Notes under the pieces: model-generated | Databases searched by the model: none | Seen by the model: the letters and a program-made list of their open reading frames with translations, nothing else | What the model was told of the DNA's origin: nothing | In this document: positions 17,900-27,992 of the stretch, one piece after another | Layout: each line of letters begins with the position of its first letter | Numbering within the stretch: position 1 is the first letter of the stretch | Source of the DNA: a virus | Taxonomy: Duplodnaviria > Caudoviricetes | DNA: 37,586 nt | Reading direction: 5' to 3' (one strand) | Virus record (IMG/VR): IMGVR_UViG_3300044723_009327 | Location: 1 to 37,586 of that record | Made by a program: the position numbers and the translations under genes

Positions 17900-18184
17900 T
17901 TACTTATAAGCAGAGAATCTCGGAACATTTCGAGGGTGTCTTTTTGGTGGTGCCTTCAACGTAGGTCTTGCAGTTTTTGCTGCCGGTGCCACTTTCTCCT
18001 TTTCCTCCACACGGGGCTCAGGGCACTCAGTAGGAGTAATACTCTCAATAACAAGATCCAGCGGGGGAAGGGACGCTTCAGGTTCCTTGGCAACAATCTC
18101 TTCGATTGTTACTTTTTCTTCCAGAGTTTCTTCGGTTTGTTTCGATTCGAAATTGGTGTTAGAGCGTCTGCGAGAGGGTGCCAT
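17900..18184 (-). CDS. Hypothetical low-complexity protein
   Basis: 94 aa, E/P/K-rich, preceded by GGGTAAAA. Confidence 0.6.
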   Translation of the reverse strand: MAPSRRRSNTNFESKQTEETLEEKVTIEEIVAKEPEASLPPLDLVIESITPTECPEPRVEEKEKVAPAAKTARPTLKAPPKRHPRNVPRFSAYK

Positions 18185-18205
18185 AGGTTAACACGGTTTT
18201 TTAGG

Positions 18206-18213
18206 TTTTACCC
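18206..18213 (-). promoter_or_regulatory. GGGTAAAA motif overlapping the upstream stop codon
   Basis: GGG TAA ends 18208..21102; about 21 nt upstream of ATG 18184. Confidence 0.65.
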
Positions 18214-21102
18214 GCCGCGATTGGTCGAGTACAGTGTTCTCTCTTGATCTTTCGGATACCGCCATGCCGCTTCTTGAGAAATATCAAAGAACGGGTCTTC
18301 TGCTGCGGAAGCATCGGCAACGAAATAACTGTAAGAGACTTTGTAGTGATTGGTATCTACATTGAAAGATTCAGGTTGGAACTCACAAGTTGGGGCGAAC
18401 TTGTAGATTGAAGCGTCCCAAATCGGAGCCTTAGTAGGGGAAATAGCACCGTTCAACAAATCGGTTTCAAAGAATCCAGAGGTAGTCAAGCACGGATTTA
18501 TGTCTACATACTGCCCCACCCAGTTTCCGTATCCTTGATTGACCGGGGAGGTAACGTCTGCCTGTCGGTTGTGAAGAGGATCGTATTCCACGAACTGTGC
18601 TTCATTAAAATCGTCAAACTGAACATCAGAAGCAGGGAACACTCCCGGGTTCAGAAATTCACCCTCCTCAGAAAGGTCAAAGTAAGCGACGTTGGAGTAA
18701 AGATAAGGTTCCGAATAGACGTAGCTGAAGTCACCAACCGGTTTGCCGTATAAGAATAACTCTTCGTATATTTGCGGTTTGCTGCCTGAGTCAGGACAGT
18801 TCATCTTTTCTGGTTCGACTCCTGATCCCCAGTAAGTAAAGTTTTTACAGATTTGTGTGGCCTTTTTCCAATGCAGACCGTCTCTTCCGTACTCAAGAGG
18901 CATCCTTACGAAAAACTTCTCCCAGTTCTCTGGCCCCGGTCCGTTGTTCAAATCAGCACGAAGAATGTTTACAAAGTTTTCTCTTGAAAGGTCTGAGAGA
19001 TCATCAGAAACTTGAAGGTCTTGTGCTTTCCAGAGGCGTAAAGGTGTTTGAGAGTTGTGAATATTTGGCACCATCCGGTAGGTAATGCCACTGAAAACCA
19101 ACTCGGTTATGTCTGCCCGGAAAGTAGTTGTTAAGTTATCGGATATTGTAATTGTAGGAAGTTGGGTGCTTCCTTTAAAGGTCTTGGGAGTGTAATTAAT
19201 TTTGTACTTACCGGTTGTCGAGTCAGATGAATAGGTTACAATACGGTCTTCGTCTATGTAAGACAAACCGTCCTGCATCAGCACACCGTTGCAGTAGAAC
19301 AGAACCACTCCCAAGTCTAACACTGGTGTTGGAGCACCGCTTTGAAAGTAGGAGTTTACGCCTACCCATGCCGATTCGTAATAAATCGCGGCCATCCGAG
19401 CATTCGCAACTGGTTGGGCATAGTCCCACCACATCTGACCTTCCTCAGGCCCGTTAAACAAGAAACTGTAAGCAATGTATTTCAGAATCGAGTCGGGGAC
19501 AAGTTCCCAGTTATCGTTCTCATAGACTTTTTTCAGGAGCACGTCATAATCTGCTGGCACGGTTACTCCCAAGTTACTCACCTGATAGTTTTCACCAGAG
19601 GGTTTCAAACCGGTGGCGTCATAAATGTTGACTGGGACAGTGTAAGGCAATAAAGCCGCATCCGCTTGAAAATTAAATACATTGTCAAAACTGAACTCAT
19701 CAGGGGTCCAATAATCGGACCCTATTTCCTGGTGCAAGAATAGCCAGGAAGGCGATGTCAAGGTTCCTTGGACCCCTATCACATTGTCTGTGGTTGTAAG
19801 TCCAGTAACATCATCGATTCGCATCGGTGTGTTTTGTGGGTAGATTCCCGCATTGGCACGAAAATCCGCCATATCAGCAAAAATAACTTGAGGTAGTGCG
19901 TATTGACTAGGTTGGTCTATATATTCGATTTCAACCCATCCTCCACAGTTTTCGTCAGGAAACCATACGGAGAGACGACCGGTGTTGTCATTCCACCATA
20001 AGTCTCCCGGGTTAGGATTAGGCGGTGCGTCTGTATCGATAACTGTTTTAGTGTAATAGATGAAATTTAGTATTTGATCGAAGTCAAGATCTGCCTCAAC
20101 TGGTTCCAGAACTACAGAATCTTCCTCATTGAATCCGTGGATTGAAAGAGCGTCAAAAGCGTGGTGGAAAGGTAACGCACCGCCTTTGTTTCCCCAAGTT
20201 CCGGTAAATCCGTCAATCACAGAAGTGGATTTCCAATCGCTTGGGTCCGTCCAAGCAACGATTAGGGTTTCTTTTTTCAAGTTGCTAACTTGAGTTGCCC
20301 CTGAGTTGGCAAGAACCAAGAAAGCAGTGATGCTAGAAGATGCGGCACCACTGTGCGGAATTTGGAAATACCAGAGTTCTTTCTCTGGGTCGTATGTAGG
20401 CAAAACTGCCGGATCCAAGGTCGACTCATCGGTGCTCAGATAAACTGGCTTGTCAAAATAATAGAAAGCACCTGCAAAAAGGACAGGATTCTTAAAAAGA
20501 AATTTGCCCTGAGTGTCGTAGGTTGGGGACAGATCTAAACTGTCTGATGACTCAATGCACCGGAAGGTGTAGTCCCCGGAAATGCCTACCTCTGGTCTAT
20601 AAAAGGGAGCAGGTCTCGCGGATGGTAAGTCAATTTTTAACTGAACATTGTTTGCGATTTGAGTCAGAAAATCTTCGGTAAGTTCACCGATAGACAGTGC
20701 AATCTTATCCCCTTCGCGTTCAGCAGACAAAATCGAATAGAAGTCTTGACCTACTACGACTTTCCCGGAAAGAAGAGCACGGTTTGATGCGATTTCTTCC
20801 GAGTCGTATATTACAATAATATTGTCCCAACTACGGATTTCGTAAATGCGAGGAACGACATAAGAATTGTATACACCGAAAGTCCCAGACAGCAACTGTC
20901 GTTTCTGGTCCGGAGTGGAAACAAGTTGCCCCCAATAGTTCGGTCCATTCCATCCCAACATCTGGGCAAGGAAGTCCAGTTGGCCTTCTACCCGTTGCTC
21001 AACTTCGGATACAGACGTGGCCTGGTCGGGGGTCAAGTAAAGGTTCGTAGAGTTACGAAGCTCAAACTGCTCGGGGTTGAAAGAACTTTTTACTTGTGTC
21101 AT
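18208..21102 (-). CDS. Large baseplate/tail protein (P2 gpI-like N-terminal motif)
   Basis: LDFLAQMLGW near the N-terminus; internal PPNPNPGDLWWND module; lies downstream of the baseplate J-like gene. Confidence 0.6.
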   Translation of the reverse strand: MTQVKSSFNPEQFELRNSTNLYLTPDQATSVSEVEQRVEGQLDFLAQMLGWNGPNYWGQLVSTPDQKRQLLSGTFGVYNSYVVPRIYEIRSWDNIIVIYDSEEIASNRALLSGKVVVGQDFYSILSAEREGDKIALSIGELTEDFLTQIANNVQLKIDLPSARPAPFYRPEVGISGDYTFRCIESSDSLDLSPTYDTQGKFLFKNPVLFAGAFYYFDKPVYLSTDESTLDPAVLPTYDPEKELWYFQIPHSGAASSSITAFLVLANSGATQVSNLKKETLIVAWTDPSDWKSTSVIDGFTGTWGNKGGALPFHHAFDALSIHGFNEEDSVVLEPVEADLDFDQILNFIYYTKTVIDTDAPPNPNPGDLWWNDNTGRLSVWFPDENCGGWVEIEYIDQPSQYALPQVIFADMADFRANAGIYPQNTPMRIDDVTGLTTTDNVIGVQGTLTSPSWLFLHQEIGSDYWTPDEFSFDNVFNFQADAALLPYTVPVNIYDATGLKPSGENYQVSNLGVTVPADYDVLLKKVYENDNWELVPDSILKYIAYSFLFNGPEEGQMWWDYAQPVANARMAAIYYESAWVGVNSYFQSGAPTPVLDLGVVLFYCNGVLMQDGLSYIDEDRIVTYSSDSTTGKYKINYTPKTFKGSTQLPTITISDNLTTTFRADITELVFSGITYRMVPNIHNSQTPLRLWKAQDLQVSDDLSDLSRENFVNILRADLNNGPGPENWEKFFVRMPLEYGRDGLHWKKATQICKNFTYWGSGVEPEKMNCPDSGSKPQIYEELFLYGKPVGDFSYVYSEPYLYSNVAYFDLSEEGEFLNPGVFPASDVQFDDFNEAQFVEYDPLHNRQADVTSPVNQGYGNWVGQYVDINPCLTTSGFFETDLLNGAISPTKAPIWDASIYKFAPTCEFQPESFNVDTNHYKVSYSYFVADASAAEDPFFDISQEAAWRYPKDQERTLYSTNRGG

Positions 21103-22398
21103 TTATGCCTCCAGTGTAATTTGTTCTTGCGTCAAAGTTTTATACTCTTGTTTCATCGCTTTTACCGGAGACATCCACAAAGAGGAGTAGTCGGAAACTT
21201 GCTCGTACATGTCAATCAGGTCTTCGTCAAAAGGAACGGTCAACCAATCGGCCACAGGTGTGTAATCCCTGTTGATGATGCTTCTCCTATCCTCAATATC
21301 AATAATAGTCGAGAAATCATCCACATCCACTTTTGCTAAAAAACAGTAGTTAACAGGGATGTCCTCTCCTTCGGAGTTTTTTACTGTCTGAGGCGCCGTT
21401 CCCTCGGGATACATTACCAACACCGAACGCAAAGTCGGTGTGGCAAAAGAGGTCAAGAGGGTCAAAGTTCCGGAAACGGTAATCGCTTGAATGGAGACTT
21501 TGGGACTCGAAAACTTCACAACCCATGAGTTGATTGGGGCAGGGACTGAAGGGGCAAACTCAAAGTACTGCCCCGTGGAGTCTTTCTGAACTGAGACTAT
21601 CTGGGCCAGAGTTTCGCTACCGTTCTCCACATAAAATAAGGAGGCATCTCCAGAGTAGGATGTTCCGACAGGGCACCTTAAGGTAACTTTTTCATATGTG
21701 TGAGAAAGTTCGCTTTCCCAACCGATGTAAGCTTCGGCAGGTTGCAGATTGCTATGGAAAAACAGATCCTCATTTGACCACGACAAATCGTTTGACCCGA
21801 GGAAAGCATTTTTTGCTACCTTGCGCCAACCGATAATATCGTCAGTGCTACTTGTAATTGTCAGGGGTTGACCCTCAAGAGAAAAGTCCGTCACACTGTA
21901 AGAGAGAGGGACGGGTGAATCGTCGTAAGAAAGCTGGTAGGCAAGATCGTATGCCCCGCTTCCTACACCAAGAACCGAAAGGTTTACAATTGTGGGCAGC
22001 ACTTTGGTGCTCCCGAATTTCCACACTATGTCTCCCGAGTTCAACAACAAATTTTCCTTGTTTCCAGAGGGGACAACTTCGAGAGACCCTACGCCGCTGG
22101 AACCGTTTCCGGCGGGTATGTAAACATATCCCACTTCCTCAATCTTTTCACCTACAAACGTGTTTCCGATTACATTTGATTCGGTAACTACATTGTAGAA
22201 AAAGATTTGGTAGTTCTCGCTTGTAGATGGAAGTCTCCGGTAAATAGGTCGCCCGTTTACGTTCCACTCGGTCGGACGACTCTCAAGTTCATTTACCCTT
22301 ATGTACTGAGAGGACAGGGCTTTGATATCCGTATTACCGGTGGATGTTTGGATTTGGGGGATGACCCCTCCGTTTACGGGAGTGAGAATCTGGCTCAT
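21103..22398 (-). CDS. Probable baseplate protein
   Basis: 431 aa, beta-rich, coupled to the genes on both sides; function inferred from position. Confidence 0.55.
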   Translation of the reverse strand: MSQILTPVNGGVIPQIQTSTGNTDIKALSSQYIRVNELESRPTEWNVNGRPIYRRLPSTSENYQIFFYNVVTESNVIGNTFVGEKIEEVGYVYIPAGNGSSGVGSLEVVPSGNKENLLLNSGDIVWKFGSTKVLPTIVNLSVLGVGSGAYDLAYQLSYDDSPVPLSYSVTDFSLEGQPLTITSSTDDIIGWRKVAKNAFLGSNDLSWSNEDLFFHSNLQPAEAYIGWESELSHTYEKVTLRCPVGTSYSGDASLFYVENGSETLAQIVSVQKDSTGQYFEFAPSVPAPINSWVVKFSSPKVSIQAITVSGTLTLLTSFATPTLRSVLVMYPEGTAPQTVKNSEGEDIPVNYCFLAKVDVDDFSTIIDIEDRRSIINRDYTPVADWLTVPFDEDLIDMYEQVSDYSSLWMSPVKAMKQEYKTLTQEQITLEA

Positions 22399-25220
22399 AG
22401 CTTCAGTGTCCCGTCATTATACACTGGTGGTGCATAGGGGTACGTTGTCCCCGAATACCACGAAAGTTGAGGAACCTCATTCAAAGTATCAGTGTTTTCC
22501 CAGACAAATCTCACTTCTTCTTTTGAGTTTGAGAAACCTTGACCGCCTTTTGGTATAAGAGTGATACTAGCAATGCCTAATTTAATTGCAGAGATATCCC
22601 GACCAAGTTGAGACAGAATGTCTTCTTCGCAGGTGTATTTGTCCACATACCGAAGAAGATTGCCCTCGAACTCTTCAATACGTGCTGTATTTGTCACTGT
22701 TGAGTTAGTCCAGTTCACTACCGTTTCCTCGGGAGTGAAAGACTGCATCACTCGATATAAATTTTTTCCATCTTCGTCTACAATGGTATCCTCAGCATAC
22801 TTGGTATACTCTGGATTGAAAAACGGTATGTAGTTCGCAGACTCAAACTGCTCAGTCACATAAGTTTCAGTTTCTACAAACACCCCGTTTTCTTTGTAAA
22901 TGTAAAACTTAAACAACGGATGAACGTTTGTTGTGGCAGTGTATGAAATAACTTTCGTACCTTGGCGGAAGAAAGTGCGATCCCCTTTGAAGAAGCGGAA
23001 CATCCGGGTCGATTCTTTGATCGCACCCGAACTAAGTCCGGCATAAAACTCGGTGTTTTGGGCGGGGTTGATGTAAAGTTTATAGATCAGCCTTTGATCA
23101 ACCAGGTCTCGGGCTTTTGTGCTGGTAGGCGTGAAGTCCTTGGCAGCAATGTAATACTCAGGTTCGCTGATTGCGTTTTCTCGGTATTCGAGGTAGGTCA
23201 ACACCGGGAACCGGGGTTTATAGCGAGCCACGGGTAAGCCGTCATCACTATTTTGAACGATGATTTCTTTTATTGTTCCTTGTTCAACCAGGTCGTCAAA
23301 ATAAGTGCTAACTGTTTGCCCATCTGGCACATAAGTGAAAGTGTTGACTACTTTTGCGTATTTTGTGACAACCCCTTGACGAGTATCTATATAGTCATAG
23401 TAAGGATCCACTTGGGGGTTTGGCCCGGAGCCTATTTGACGGGTTTGTACCCAGCTATCTGCGATGTAAGATTGCCCAGGAACGAGAACCTGGGGTGTAA
23501 CTGGCGAACCGAGCAAAGTAGCGGCTTGAGCACCTGTGATGTCGTTCGTGGAGGGTTGCAATGTGAAGTTTTTGGCAACGATCCAAGCAAATGCCCCTGG
23601 GCGCTTGCCCAAGGGTACGCTTGAGCTAGGGTCAGGTATGAACTGACCATCCCCAGTAACGTAGTCGTATTCTATGATCTCGGGACTGTAGGATGTGCCT
23701 ACGGTGGCAATGTAATCATTACCTACAACCCACGGAGAGTATACCGTAGCGCCCGTGATTTTTCCTCTGGAGATTGCCACGGGGACATCGTCCTGAGTAC
23801 CGATAGTCAAGTTTTCCAGAACGATGTGAAGCTCACCGTCGCCACCATCGGCCAGGTCCCAGTAACAAACTTGGCCTTTAGAGTAGTTCCCGGAAACAAG
23901 TGATGCAATCTGCTGGAGTTCCAGATTCCCGTAAATGGTTTGGTCTTTCTTATCTGAAGAGTAAGGTGTGAAGTTAGAAACAACTGGATAGAAAACTTCG
24001 ATCGGAAGGGTCGTCTGAACCAGATCTCCCTCACTCAAGAGAGAACCTTGCGAAGAAAAACCTAAAACATTTGTGTATGTTGCAGCACCCGGTTCCAGCA
24101 GAGGGGGAGTGTTGTAGGCAGCACTCAACTCAATGTGCGGATCCACAAACCGTGTGTTTGCGTCGAAAGTGGAGTAGAAAGCAGCATCAACGTCGCTTAC
24201 CGTAGGGTTAGACGTCGATGGAAACACATTGCCTGGTTGCAAAATCTCAAACAACCGGTCGCGAAAGTTTAATGAAGTGTTTTTTAAATCATCTGCGAAC
24301 ACACCACCAGTGTCCACTTCAAGTTTAATATCGTATTGAGCTTGGCTTAAAGTGATTGGGTAAAGGTGACCTTGGTTTTCAACAGGCACAGAATAGTTTA
24401 TAACTTTTTGCCCACGCAAAAGTTGTTCTTCGTTTAACTCAACACCGTTTGGTCCAAGAACAAAGAAAGAAACTTGACCGTTGGGTTTCAAATAGTCGGT
24501 CAAATAGTTGTAAGTGCCTCTGTTCGGGCGGTTGGGTTGAACCGAGGTTTGCGTCCCAGTACCGTAAAAATCTGTGAAAAAGTCCTGCCAATCCTCTGCG
24601 CTAACTGGGTTACGCCGACGAATCAGAGTAAAAAACCTTTCTTGAACTTCCTGGTAGGTCTCTACATCGCTCCCCCCAGAAGCAGGTTGGGGGTTTGTTA
24701 CTGTTACACCATTAAGATTAATCGCAGGAAGACCAGTAATGGAGTTGGATGGAGCATTATATACCGCACCAACATACTGGGAAGACACCGAAATAAAGAC
24801 GCTTGACTCCCCTGGTGGGATCACCGTTTCTGTCGGAGAAACAAAAGTAAAAACTTCTCCACCCGTCAAATCCGAATCTGTGGTGAATGCTGTACCTGCC
24901 GGAATTGTTGTGACAGTGTTTGTGGGAGTTACCGAAACTAGCAAACGAGCGACTGCTGGAGTACCGAGGCGGCGCATTGCCCCTAGAAACGGTCCGATCC
25001 ACTCCAGGAGTATGGATTGAGGGAGCTGGTTAGCCCAAAACAGAAACTCGCCTTGTGAAAAAGCTTGCCCTTCGAGCAATGCGGCAAGAGGGTTCCCAGA
25101 AGAGAAATCATTTAGGGTTTGACCCGATGCCTCATACACTCTTTGAGCGGCATCTTGAACAATCTGTGCCTCGTTTCGAGGGTCAATCGAAACTGATGGC
25201 AGGGGGGAATAACGTGGCAC
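22395..25220 (-). CDS. Baseplate wedge protein (baseplate J/gp47/gp6-like), extended
   Basis: IDPRNE...NDFSSGNP..ALLE, TIPAGTAF, GAVYN, VTNPQPASGGSDVET.QE..ER, PVSAEDW. Confidence 0.88.
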   Translation of the reverse strand: MPRYSPLPSVSIDPRNEAQIVQDAAQRVYEASGQTLNDFSSGNPLAALLEGQAFSQGEFLFWANQLPQSILLEWIGPFLGAMRRLGTPAVARLLVSVTPTNTVTTIPAGTAFTTDSDLTGGEVFTFVSPTETVIPPGESSVFISVSSQYVGAVYNAPSNSITGLPAINLNGVTVTNPQPASGGSDVETYQEVQERFFTLIRRRNPVSAEDWQDFFTDFYGTGTQTSVQPNRPNRGTYNYLTDYLKPNGQVSFFVLGPNGVELNEEQLLRGQKVINYSVPVENQGHLYPITLSQAQYDIKLEVDTGGVFADDLKNTSLNFRDRLFEILQPGNVFPSTSNPTVSDVDAAFYSTFDANTRFVDPHIELSAAYNTPPLLEPGAATYTNVLGFSSQGSLLSEGDLVQTTLPIEVFYPVVSNFTPYSSDKKDQTIYGNLELQQIASLVSGNYSKGQVCYWDLADGGDGELHIVLENLTIGTQDDVPVAISRGKITGATVYSPWVVGNDYIATVGTSYSPEIIEYDYVTGDGQFIPDPSSSVPLGKRPGAFAWIVAKNFTLQPSTNDITGAQAATLLGSPVTPQVLVPGQSYIADSWVQTRQIGSGPNPQVDPYYDYIDTRQGVVTKYAKVVNTFTYVPDGQTVSTYFDDLVEQGTIKEIIVQNSDDGLPVARYKPRFPVLTYLEYRENAISEPEYYIAAKDFTPTSTKARDLVDQRLIYKLYINPAQNTEFYAGLSSGAIKESTRMFRFFKGDRTFFRQGTKVISYTATTNVHPLFKFYIYKENGVFVETETYVTEQFESANYIPFFNPEYTKYAEDTIVDEDGKNLYRVMQSFTPEETVVNWTNSTVTNTARIEEFEGNLLRYVDKYTCEEDILSQLGRDISAIKLGIASITLIPKGGQGFSNSKEEVRFVWENTDTLNEVPQLSWYSGTTYPYAPPVYNDGTLKL

Positions 25221-25231
25221 CGGTCACCTCC

Positions 25232-25789
25232 TTAGGCAGGGCAGATTACTTCAGAGGTTCCGCCAACCCCGTAGTTATCACAAGTTGGTTCTGTAGCAGA
25301 GTAATATATACCGTTGTCAATACTGAGGGTATCGAATAAGAAATTCACCCACTGATCAACAACCTCTTTTGTTACAATATCCTCTGACGCAAGAGCAGCG
25401 AACTTTTGACTGACAGTAGGTGAAGTAGAACCGTTTCCATGCGAAAACTTATCATTTGTCGTGAAACTCTTTGGAGCATCTCTGCGATTATTGGCAGGGT
25501 TCCCTGCTTGAAGGGGGTCGTACCCGAAGTTCCAAACACCAGTAACAGTTTTGAATCCCGAGATGGGGATACCTGCCAGCAGTTTTCCGTTGCCGTCAAG
25601 TTCGGGTTGGTTTCCGGTTAAAGAAACATACGCATAATCCAAACCGTTGGGACCCGTACGCACCAACGAGTTTAAACCCAGCGGAGGGTAGTGATGGTCT
25701 AGGTCTTGACCGTCAAAATAAATTTGTTGGAATCCGTTCAGGAACTCAGAAGTGACAATTACGCCTGAACTAAAGGTGGTCTTACTCAT
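25232..25789 (-). CDS. Probable tail/baseplate-associated protein
   Basis: Likely start ATG 25789 (MSKTTFSSGVIVTSEFLN); follows a terminator and a GGGTAAAA motif. Confidence 0.6.
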   Translation of the reverse strand: MSKTTFSSGVIVTSEFLNGFQQIYFDGQDLDHHYPPLGLNSLVRTGPNGLDYAYVSLTGNQPELDGNGKLLAGIPISGFKTVTGVWNFGYDPLQAGNPANNRRDAPKSFTTNDKFSHGNGSTSPTVSQKFAALASEDIVTKEVVDQWVNFLFDTLSIDNGIYYSATEPTCDNYGVGGTSEVICPA

Positions 25790-25819
25790 ACAGTGACGGG
25801 CCGCCATTTCGTTATTTGG

Positions 25820-25827
25820 TTTTACCC
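25820..25827 (-). promoter_or_regulatory. GGGTAAAA motif immediately after a terminator
   Basis: 8 nt past the T-tract of the 25836-25862 terminator; about 30 nt upstream of ATG 25789. Confidence 0.7.
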
Positions 25828-25835
25828 CCGCTTAC

Positions 25836-25862
25836 AAAAAGACCCCCGCCGAAGCGAGGGTC
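25836..25862 (-). terminator. Rho-independent terminator with UUCG tetraloop
   Basis: Minus strand GACCCTCGC-TTCG-GCGGGGGTC-TTTTT after the tail tube gene. Confidence 0.9.
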
Positions 25863-25882
25863 GTAATCAAGTTCAGTTTAGA

Positions 25883-26326
25883 TCAAGTCCGATCAAAATA
25901 GTTGACGGTGTATTCAACTTCGATGGTCTGAACGTCGCCGCTTTCGCGGTCAACGTCAGCGGTTGTGATGCTTACAAACTGACATTCGTAACAGGTGTAT
26001 TGACCACCTGTGACAGCAGAACCTGAACCAATGCAATCACGAGGAGTGACGGTAATGGTGATAGGTTCGCAATTGTAGTCGATCCAGAATTGCTCGAGAG
26101 CCTTGAAAACCGCCGGGTCGTAAGGAGCACCGAGGGTTACATTGTCGGCAGTCCGAGGACCAACAATGTGGTACAGACGATTGCCTGTGCCGTTAGCGTA
26201 GGTGCTGCTGTCGGAGGAATCGTTGATTCCACTGAAAGTTGTAAATACCGAAGTAAACGTAGGACCGCCAAGAGCGGTGAAACTTACTTCATACTGAGCT
26301 TTTGTAATCGGGCGAAGAATTGCCAT
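25883..26326 (-). CDS. Tail tube protein
   Basis: 147 aa, FTTFSG...NVTL..PYDP...ITITVTP...DVDRESGDVQTIEVEY is contractile tube-like; strong AGGAGG Shine-Dalgarno. Confidence 0.75.
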   Translation of the reverse strand: MAILRPITKAQYEVSFTALGGPTFTSVFTTFSGINDSSDSSTYANGTGNRLYHIVGPRTADNVTLGAPYDPAVFKALEQFWIDYNCEPITITVTPRDCIGSGSAVTGGQYTCYECQFVSITTADVDRESGDVQTIEVEYTVNYFDRT

Positions 26327-26356
26327 GATAAGACCTCCTAAGTACTAACAACCCTA

Positions 26357-27415
26357 TCAAGGATTGCTGAGGATGTCTGAAACCATTGCACCAGAACCGA
26401 TAAGACCCGAAGCACCGAGACCAACAAGGTTGACCACACGCTCAACGGTAATCTCAGCGCGGACCACGCGACGCTCACGGATATAGTACTCAGGACGAAC
26501 GGCAGGAGTGCCGGTCAACTGATAAGTGTAAGCGAAAGCAGGAGTAGCAGCATTAGCGCCGCCAGCAGGCATTACGCTGTCGCTAGGACCGTTGGGGCTG
26601 TAGAACAGCAGGAGTCCGTTAGCGGGGAAGGTAGGCTGCAAGGTGCCGTTGGAGTCCAGATAACGACCTTCAGCAACACGCAGGCCACGCTCGAGACCGA
26701 AGTAGCGAGCCAGCATGTCGGTGTCGATGCTGTCGGCGGTGGTGTACTTGATACGCTCAAGGATCGCTTGGCTAGACAGCAAGGTGTCGAACACAGCGGT
26801 ACCCATGACCATGGAGTTAGGGCGGATACCGATTTGATCGGCAACGGCACGCTTCAGGGTCAGGATGTCTTTGATGGGGTCAGCAGTGCTGGTGGCCCAA
26901 CCGGCAGGACCGGTAGCACCGGCGTAAGCGGCTTCGAAATTAGACCAGTCGGTAAAACCGAGACCGTCCTGATTACCAGCGCCAGAGTTGGCCTCGTAAG
27001 GGTTGTAGGTAGCGGTTACGGTGACAGCCTGAGAAACAGCGTACTCATAGGCGTTCATCAGGCGAGACATTGCGTTGCGAGTTTCAATCGCACGCAGGTC
27101 AACCTGAGCAGGACCTTCGCCAGCGTTCTCGATGACTTCCTCGGGCAGTTCCCAAGCCACGACTTCTTGCTCCAGAGCATAAGGCTCGGAGTCGTAACGG
27201 CTTTGAACGTAAGGAATGTTGGTGCCATAAGCACGACGGAAGTCGTTGATGGCGAACTGCTCTTTGCCGAAACGCAGAATCCGACCAGCACGGGTCGGGG
27301 TGTCAACGACGGGAGCAATAAAGTTGGCGATGTTAGTCGCCGGAAGCATAAAACCTTGTGCAAGCGTAGTCAGAATAGGATCTACGCCCGCATAGGTTGC
27401 GGACAGATTCATCAT
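26357..27415 (-). CDS. Major capsid protein
   Basis: VDPILTTLAQGF...APVV...G.ILRFGKEQF, DPIKDI, GIRPNSMVMG; biased codon use; follows the cement gene. Confidence 0.88.
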   Translation of the reverse strand: MMNLSATYAGVDPILTTLAQGFMLPATNIANFIAPVVDTPTRAGRILRFGKEQFAINDFRRAYGTNIPYVQSRYDSEPYALEQEVVAWELPEEVIENAGEGPAQVDLRAIETRNAMSRLMNAYEYAVSQAVTVTATYNPYEANSGAGNQDGLGFTDWSNFEAAYAGATGPAGWATSTADPIKDILTLKRAVADQIGIRPNSMVMGTAVFDTLLSSQAILERIKYTTADSIDTDMLARYFGLERGLRVAEGRYLDSNGTLQPTFPANGLLLFYSPNGPSDSVMPAGGANAATPAFAYTYQLTGTPAVRPEYYIRERRVVRAEITVERVVNLVGLGASGLIGSGAMVSDILSNP

Positions 27416-27500
27416 GAGATTTAAATCTCCAAGTAACCAGAGTTGTCTTCAAATGTGTGCACACAGGGCTGGGGCTTATACCACATAAGGAAGCCCAGCC
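27416..27500 (-). promoter_or_regulatory. Structured leader upstream of the major capsid gene
   Basis: Hairpin GGCTGGG...CCCAGCC (27467-27500); palindromes TGTGTGCACACA (27454-27465) and GAGATTTAAATCTC (27416-27429), the latter overlapping the GGAG SD. Confidence 0.55.
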
Positions 27501-27509
27501 ACTTAACTA

Positions 27510-27950
27510 TCAGAGGAAGGAAACCAGAACCATCTTACGGCCAGCGATATCAATGATCTCGCGGACCTGGGGCTCAGAACCGTTCATGGTCACGGCAGTA
27601 CCACCACCATCGGCTTGACCGAGGTCGTTTACTGCGAGCTGACCGCCGATAGGAGGAATAGAAGCAGCACCAGGAGCAACCTCAACCAGCAGCAGACCGG
27701 AGCGAGCAACGGTCACCTGACGAGCAGTCTGAGGGGAAGCGATGGCGGAAGGCATGTAAGACTGGTTCACACCGACGTATATTGTGGAACCCGTATCGAT
27801 TGGGGAGCCAACTGTGCCGTCGGCAGCGGACAGAGTAAGGAGGCGGAATTCACCCATTTCCCAGGTGTTGGTATTGCCAACACCGGCTTCAAAAGTTTCA
27901 GCGTAACGGATGTATTGCTTTCCGTACACTGGTCCTGCATTAGTAGCCAT
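27510..27950 (-). CDS. Capsid cement/decoration protein (DUF2190-like)
   Basis: 146 aa directly before the capsid gene; GV...VTVARSGLLLVE...G.QLA...GQA pattern. Confidence 0.65.
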   Translation of the reverse strand: MATNAGPVYGKQYIRYAETFEAGVGNTNTWEMGEFRLLTLSAADGTVGSPIDTGSTIYVGVNQSYMPSAIASPQTARQVTVARSGLLLVEVAPGAASIPPIGGQLAVNDLGQADGGGTAVTMNGSEPQVREIIDIAGRKMVLVSFL

Positions 27951-27984
27951 AATTTTATCCTAAATGAAAAGAGGAGTTAAAGTT

Positions 27985-27992
27985 TTTTACCC
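27985..27992 (-). promoter_or_regulatory. GGGTAAAA motif
   Basis: Immediately after the upstream stop; about 34 nt upstream of ATG 27950. Confidence 0.65.

Noticed and set aside
26768-27424. 218-aa plus-strand ORF
   Set aside because: Antisense to the major capsid gene.
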